A stretch of DNA of 64,000 nt. Origin: a virus (lineage: Duplodnaviria > Caudoviricetes). The stretch lies in the IMG/VR virus record IMGVR_UViG_3300021387_000109, positions 12,008-76,007 of that record. One strand, 5' to 3'. Made by a program: the position numbers and the translations under genes. Shown piece by piece: positions 63,801 to 64,000 of this stretch (position 1 is its first letter; the number at the start of each line of letters is the position of its first letter). The notes under the pieces are model-generated. The model was not told the DNA's origin. It saw only the letters and a list, made by a program, of their open reading frames with translations, and ran no database searches.

Positions 63801-63883
63801 CCTCTTCTAGCATCTAAGGCTTCAGGATCAAGAGCAGATTGAATTAAATCAAGCAGGTAATCGGAATTTTGGATTTCTGGCAT
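51884..63883 (-). CDS. Virion-encapsidated RNA polymerase (N4 gp50-like), about 3999 aa from ATG 63883
   Basis: SRANRDQL (TxxGR position), YIDFDGKSNG (motif A), RTWLKKQVIPTGY (Rx3Kx7Y motif B), IYDG (motif C), C-terminal YGDFIAK and GL.WF.NYKLR; size and position as in N4. Confidence 0.93.
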   Translation of the reverse strand: MPEIQNSDYLLDLIQSALDPEALDARRGAGTADAIRQRTQEGLDESRDYMASTTKTLGDTILDTTKNVATGVGTGLVDLASFGTGLIGARGVSQGLANLSNAAREYSRSLGSVAEQAQERLFEREEARDTARNQAQYEEDIKNGMSPTEAMFKRGGRNFLGSISNAFKTGNWQKLGAEGIGSMVSAGIAGAGTRGLMNGVARASKGFMGSATEQLAKAAERTAAVEQIPAQMPRLEKYTPWAVSQFGMEGGGQFSQALTELLDPTKVTTESLYESSPVFGELVQRYQQEGKSQAEAEQQAREDIAHNVALKSGIGTGLLASLLSPATQFLERPFTRAATRLSPKAGFNPIRKAAGTQLEMTPEYLEEMATEGGGQYLQNLLSQQYVDRNQDLGEGVGKAMGGAVVGTLGMTAPRTAVNTFGGAAQGAMYLKNKITGSKEDTQETSGETAKASETPLESASSISSVNANIAQQIDEDDSISEGRKAGLKKVFENDLNKRRKFSQDIFDTLDQDTKDKFIKARDGETNEEGNIVSKPSLKEQFKVLRDAYTDTTKSDDARAAAAAATLELAESLSVSDEDIKTLNEAAENSGSENLKKQTQDYINTLKSRENAFNDVGLKQNIQEAADYYVEQAGGIDAVLNEANPEKTQPVSEGSQSTITPSRKGKSNLNTLLFALSQSSDKNIPIDKVDSIIDTTKKIVNAPKESGISRKDKEIAALINARISAVKQLIDSTDIQHGERNLDTVMSNFYSLSEDEKSAKGINKEDTGRSMFQLMKDLEQGVALNKADDVAKALHNLARLTAAETNKANAIIEQGIKPTLGKNGKQRKQRFTYTSIAPKNGEVTPFTRFYEPGNDRSRVYARRAIKQAAFGLSILDAYHSIPGVVSLAKQSNIPFYDKNTKLDESIDENLIENGLLKGLSTVLDISPEIVSELGLKSAPRTTFESTDEYRDTLSIADADPIDISSQITDEELKQAIEKTESNRIEPETAKARSSIARKALLGQFADKDDIAKRTGFRSYKEFFSHLIGINRDADNLINYITANNPDLARSLRQLRDLAKTDENAKKSWNDICNKVLAEDFKSALTNNLNMQMKTAYDNLKNSLGNRDDIRASLNATLGYSKQYLALNCLDFDALKNKQFKVDEDFVECLTTATLQAAIGASLRQSYLDASRVEETYGVTLSDYLKDPKKRDQGRALMYGSTIDNMVESIASKMMNYSGVKFDTRLPSGLAEDLYKAMAYEALHALKEAKYINITKVVLQEGKGEPTKKQAGQSQSNTQNQNINLDGINDVFASAGSENRHAGTPKSSNAHKGKNNKQGQNNSNQTQEYENPNAGKRTKDLVWFDPKQKDAFKLYSQYGLDTIFDDIFAKENSSVVDIDYSEAFREQLKKDREAGKKDRFTFLTKQDLDHGTSGIVRKFFSKSAKFKKVHSKDKLDKVQIEAGRNKASKEYKAEWANIKNYLRCLPRKEDGSYDVMSERSVDVLLAQQGTVYRETDIDIKKSILQSQALPMQFALQDVINRVNGIISKGITDGLIPTGTTIDDVLDNVDLQKALDPYVLHFAPSFSRANRDQLDAGTNPMNNKVYRECFTCMRSTIDLSKDSDAKSYFLGGLGQAIFGLKPEDYMNKEDYTAELEQAFGDVQAVDANGNTVTIENPIVTEARKYFAIEHPTIAQALAFNKTLRALGIDNGDINNNFFHCLDELIKYTDAKKDPEKLKNFTTDVYIDFDGKSNGTCTKNMTQNVGQFSVNELERLGLLGVFFGKVHPLARYRAWYGKLTYGPSMNLDGITYNGMTIKVTSKPRRYKTTADFYSKNGDSALRHLSEKVKDDHDKYVASFNDASEDAKHARNKVTAYKEVLDFFLNGTINFKDQILAQIASGSMVEALAHMQEGDASADRTWLKKQVIPTGYSGTDAACAGNILKHFIGNLADLYSDANEILDEIIHSGLPTTIIDANGKPVDAVIYKKPDELNGVGTLTWGKGQGEYQLLNADLNALAFYMADLGLLEDLDPEARMKQLREIVSAYRYPQNKAEADLRKEIQERFSDHIGSMIVYSTNISWEDKSDKFKTNYWEITKKNNRGEPNNLRQTIINKGLQSGDFSRFSFKTFDISPRTEQNMKNLLQGTAAKEMYKGYAEAYEQARPLTLAKTGISHLATAIFQFVYDYKIQQIIKEKNLAVNKKEQPVLGLSSEDLNTAMQYAQEFVGLVNIGKDANTKVTFNMVSMTSASTNSDDQIGLMSDKSADKLESTVRMTENPKMSTDPGTTFSMGDVAFANAMDLSALFKNILTIYDGTATNPNDAKEVGIKASKTIGKIFSDDTMHTSFWLLESVKHMQENMKKPENAELVKFMMSRLDALNFHDMPDENGKKPKNNYLYNETGVGVFLKSEYDLYKNRDKDHKPEEYIKDLREAQNIADAMNQLFGEKNSMINPELNLEQRDSRSSIAFNELLDWRSLDPSSKSNIWDDLIDNLTRLDNDRQARIYAQLCMGMCNEQIAGTHEPAISVLIDPNQVSSLRHLSLEEFKALENSKDPKEKACYDRVMQYKDASTEAIVAKLNEYYNKKLKKLNNESDKATQDRIAEDNKAKEKSEKSRSVKERTPDNTPMTDILLDSLGINGSYVDFSGVSRERALEIINGYRTRMLKLSSKLNERKGKKKIASPQAMHLSSFLKALMENSFNNPAFKNAFNGLKLYTVSSEKDARKLVRALDVNEKGQSNNKRIPTNLKGIYIAASKAIVVVQKDEEDTAFYQNLVHELIHMSLQSALDNYFTDPEAFRNSAGEDAVHKIEHIITLKNDFIRRYNDYLENPKDKSNPFIGSFSKSVIDIAELIKNAPNDYVAVQEFCAYALTSPHVTAMLSGSTNETQIKEIFGETLADSLINEIKGSSWLKQIRDIIAATIQGIRHFFQIGFAKDYVPTFINPGVNPEVTEYDVLAHCVLGTAQARVTSTASQTALNALYSLGSGSSQSGNQFFQRFRSIFTPYISKPLPNKVFDAMENSMRDAFVTFGLDPLDTTTALSAAGLMMISKPFQGNQFTYMNEIYKNAMEHIKPSMFSGNGQAKYDALFINKSVNTDATKDPESYGVAHFFAMAMASPEIQNVLKKIPYTKYKKATHGMAIDRALMNFGNNMLEHAQKSSYDINGRNAQQEMSQLINFIADHADKLNQVQQRNRIEKSLDNANIALRNGIKSVLRHTPLSPFVDAGLQPVLSIIGEKEMPEWIRRLCLDITGSDTRTGATEIYNKLNASKSEVDSVRYRAAHVVPNALRKLFKNELTGEQDTAIYNNLIKTDLASSFDFNDAIKYVTDGNARGAQMRASLQAANLTAEQKLLADNLAKYLATGEANGILRTNALSIVWDASNSYQKGKSRQILQQKALERAKHLDKYISLKALSLMDTTQVSELAKTDLTGLEGMFNNYKKALDTQDKANVNISFGMRLNAHKGFTPLQQTTEASIVYSDVDLSDSGFVRTKENRNVWYTPFGGNSRFSEGIVRHTRMSYRGSDSNNGLSVNSFGKVLPQNKAQDLIKEGIPFRQVFDHKGNWSGIEPIVSKEFKDKYLKPSDKASDQIGIFQGRVLEEVSSQATAISSLKMLADLWKNGRKDAAGNRKGYSLKDSEYVNLYELAEKNPLVKEALDMLPPRYHKLIEAEYGKEGVFMVPRNLVYEVIGIREFSVVDMFTGKTNMSPKAVETITNILKLFLGPKCVYYLKNGEAILQKGVKGAKETILVRSISVLAGNIISNIFTCMAYGISPITMIKRYKEIQVASEAYLKNTVELQSAVAMRDSYPAGSAMHNKYQAIIDSTTKALNESPVSQLVNWGHMNTVEEMGVAADDSTYFSGDLYKKLESAIPDSLSSVVKYGLITKDTALYTALNKTLMYGDFIAKQIVKEHLEAKGWTPKMIQEELRDAFVDYNRHPGRVRGYLENIGLAWFWNYKLRVLHSMSTLVRNNPLFVLMACATPSLLGINNIITDNFLGAMFRGTLSFAIGPEMLANAFTMHPLMAVPNMLA

Positions 63884-63891
63884 AGTAGCAA

Positions 63892-63927
63892 TAAAAAAAA
63901 AATACACCTTGTAATGAGGTGTATTTT
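63892..63927 (-). terminator. Rho-independent terminator just upstream of vRNAP
   Basis: AAAATACACC/GGTGTATTTT stem followed on minus strand by a T-run. Confidence 0.75.
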
Positions 63928-63948
63928 AACAGATCTTAATAAGTATGC

Positions 63949-63999
63949 TTAAATTATTCTCTTATCTAAATCTGAATTACGAGTAAAGAGTGATTGCTT
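63949..63999 (-). CDS. 3' end of the upstream late gene (partial)
   Basis: Open frame KQSLFTRNSDLDKRII-stop just before the terminator. Confidence 0.3.
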   Translation of the reverse strand, partial: KQSLFTRNSDLDKRII

Positions 64000-64000
64000 T

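Overview
A 64 kb slice of an N4-like (Schitoviridae-type) podophage genome, circularly permuted. The host is Gram-negative (spanin pair, SAR-type GH108 endolysin) but cannot be named from the sequence. Order in the window: (i) minus-strand late block (portal 5' part, AsnB-like ligase, endolysin/holin, membrane transporter, tail fibres, gp67-like adaptor, terminase large and small subunits); (ii) a non-coding probable genome-end region at about 16.06-16.43 kb; (iii) plus-strand pre-early cassettes, each behind a hairpin promoter for the virion RNA polymerase, including SLOG and NADAR genes, two gp2-like genes and an RNAP II gene in which the N4 gp15 and gp16 halves are one ORF; (iv) middle genes: AcrIII-1-like ring nuclease, MoxR/VWA, ThyX, HNH, deaminase, Rnl2, a tRNA cluster, dUTPase, spanins, two tandem paralog arrays, helicase, a DNA polymerase split in two ORFs, exonuclease, primase, SSB, resolvase; (v) minus-strand Tad2-like gene and a ~4000 aa virion RNA polymerase. 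The most unusual signals are a family of long-stem hairpin RNAs whose loops carry anti-Shine-Dalgarno/anti-start-codon sequence, a tRNA cluster in which four consecutive tRNAs are each followed by a structured spacer RNA, the fused RNAP II with two gp2 paralogs, and GNNA-tetraloop hairpin promoters. All protein assignments come from motifs recognised by eye and all RNA structures were folded by hand; no searches were run. No CRISPR array, rRNA or reverse transcriptase was seen.
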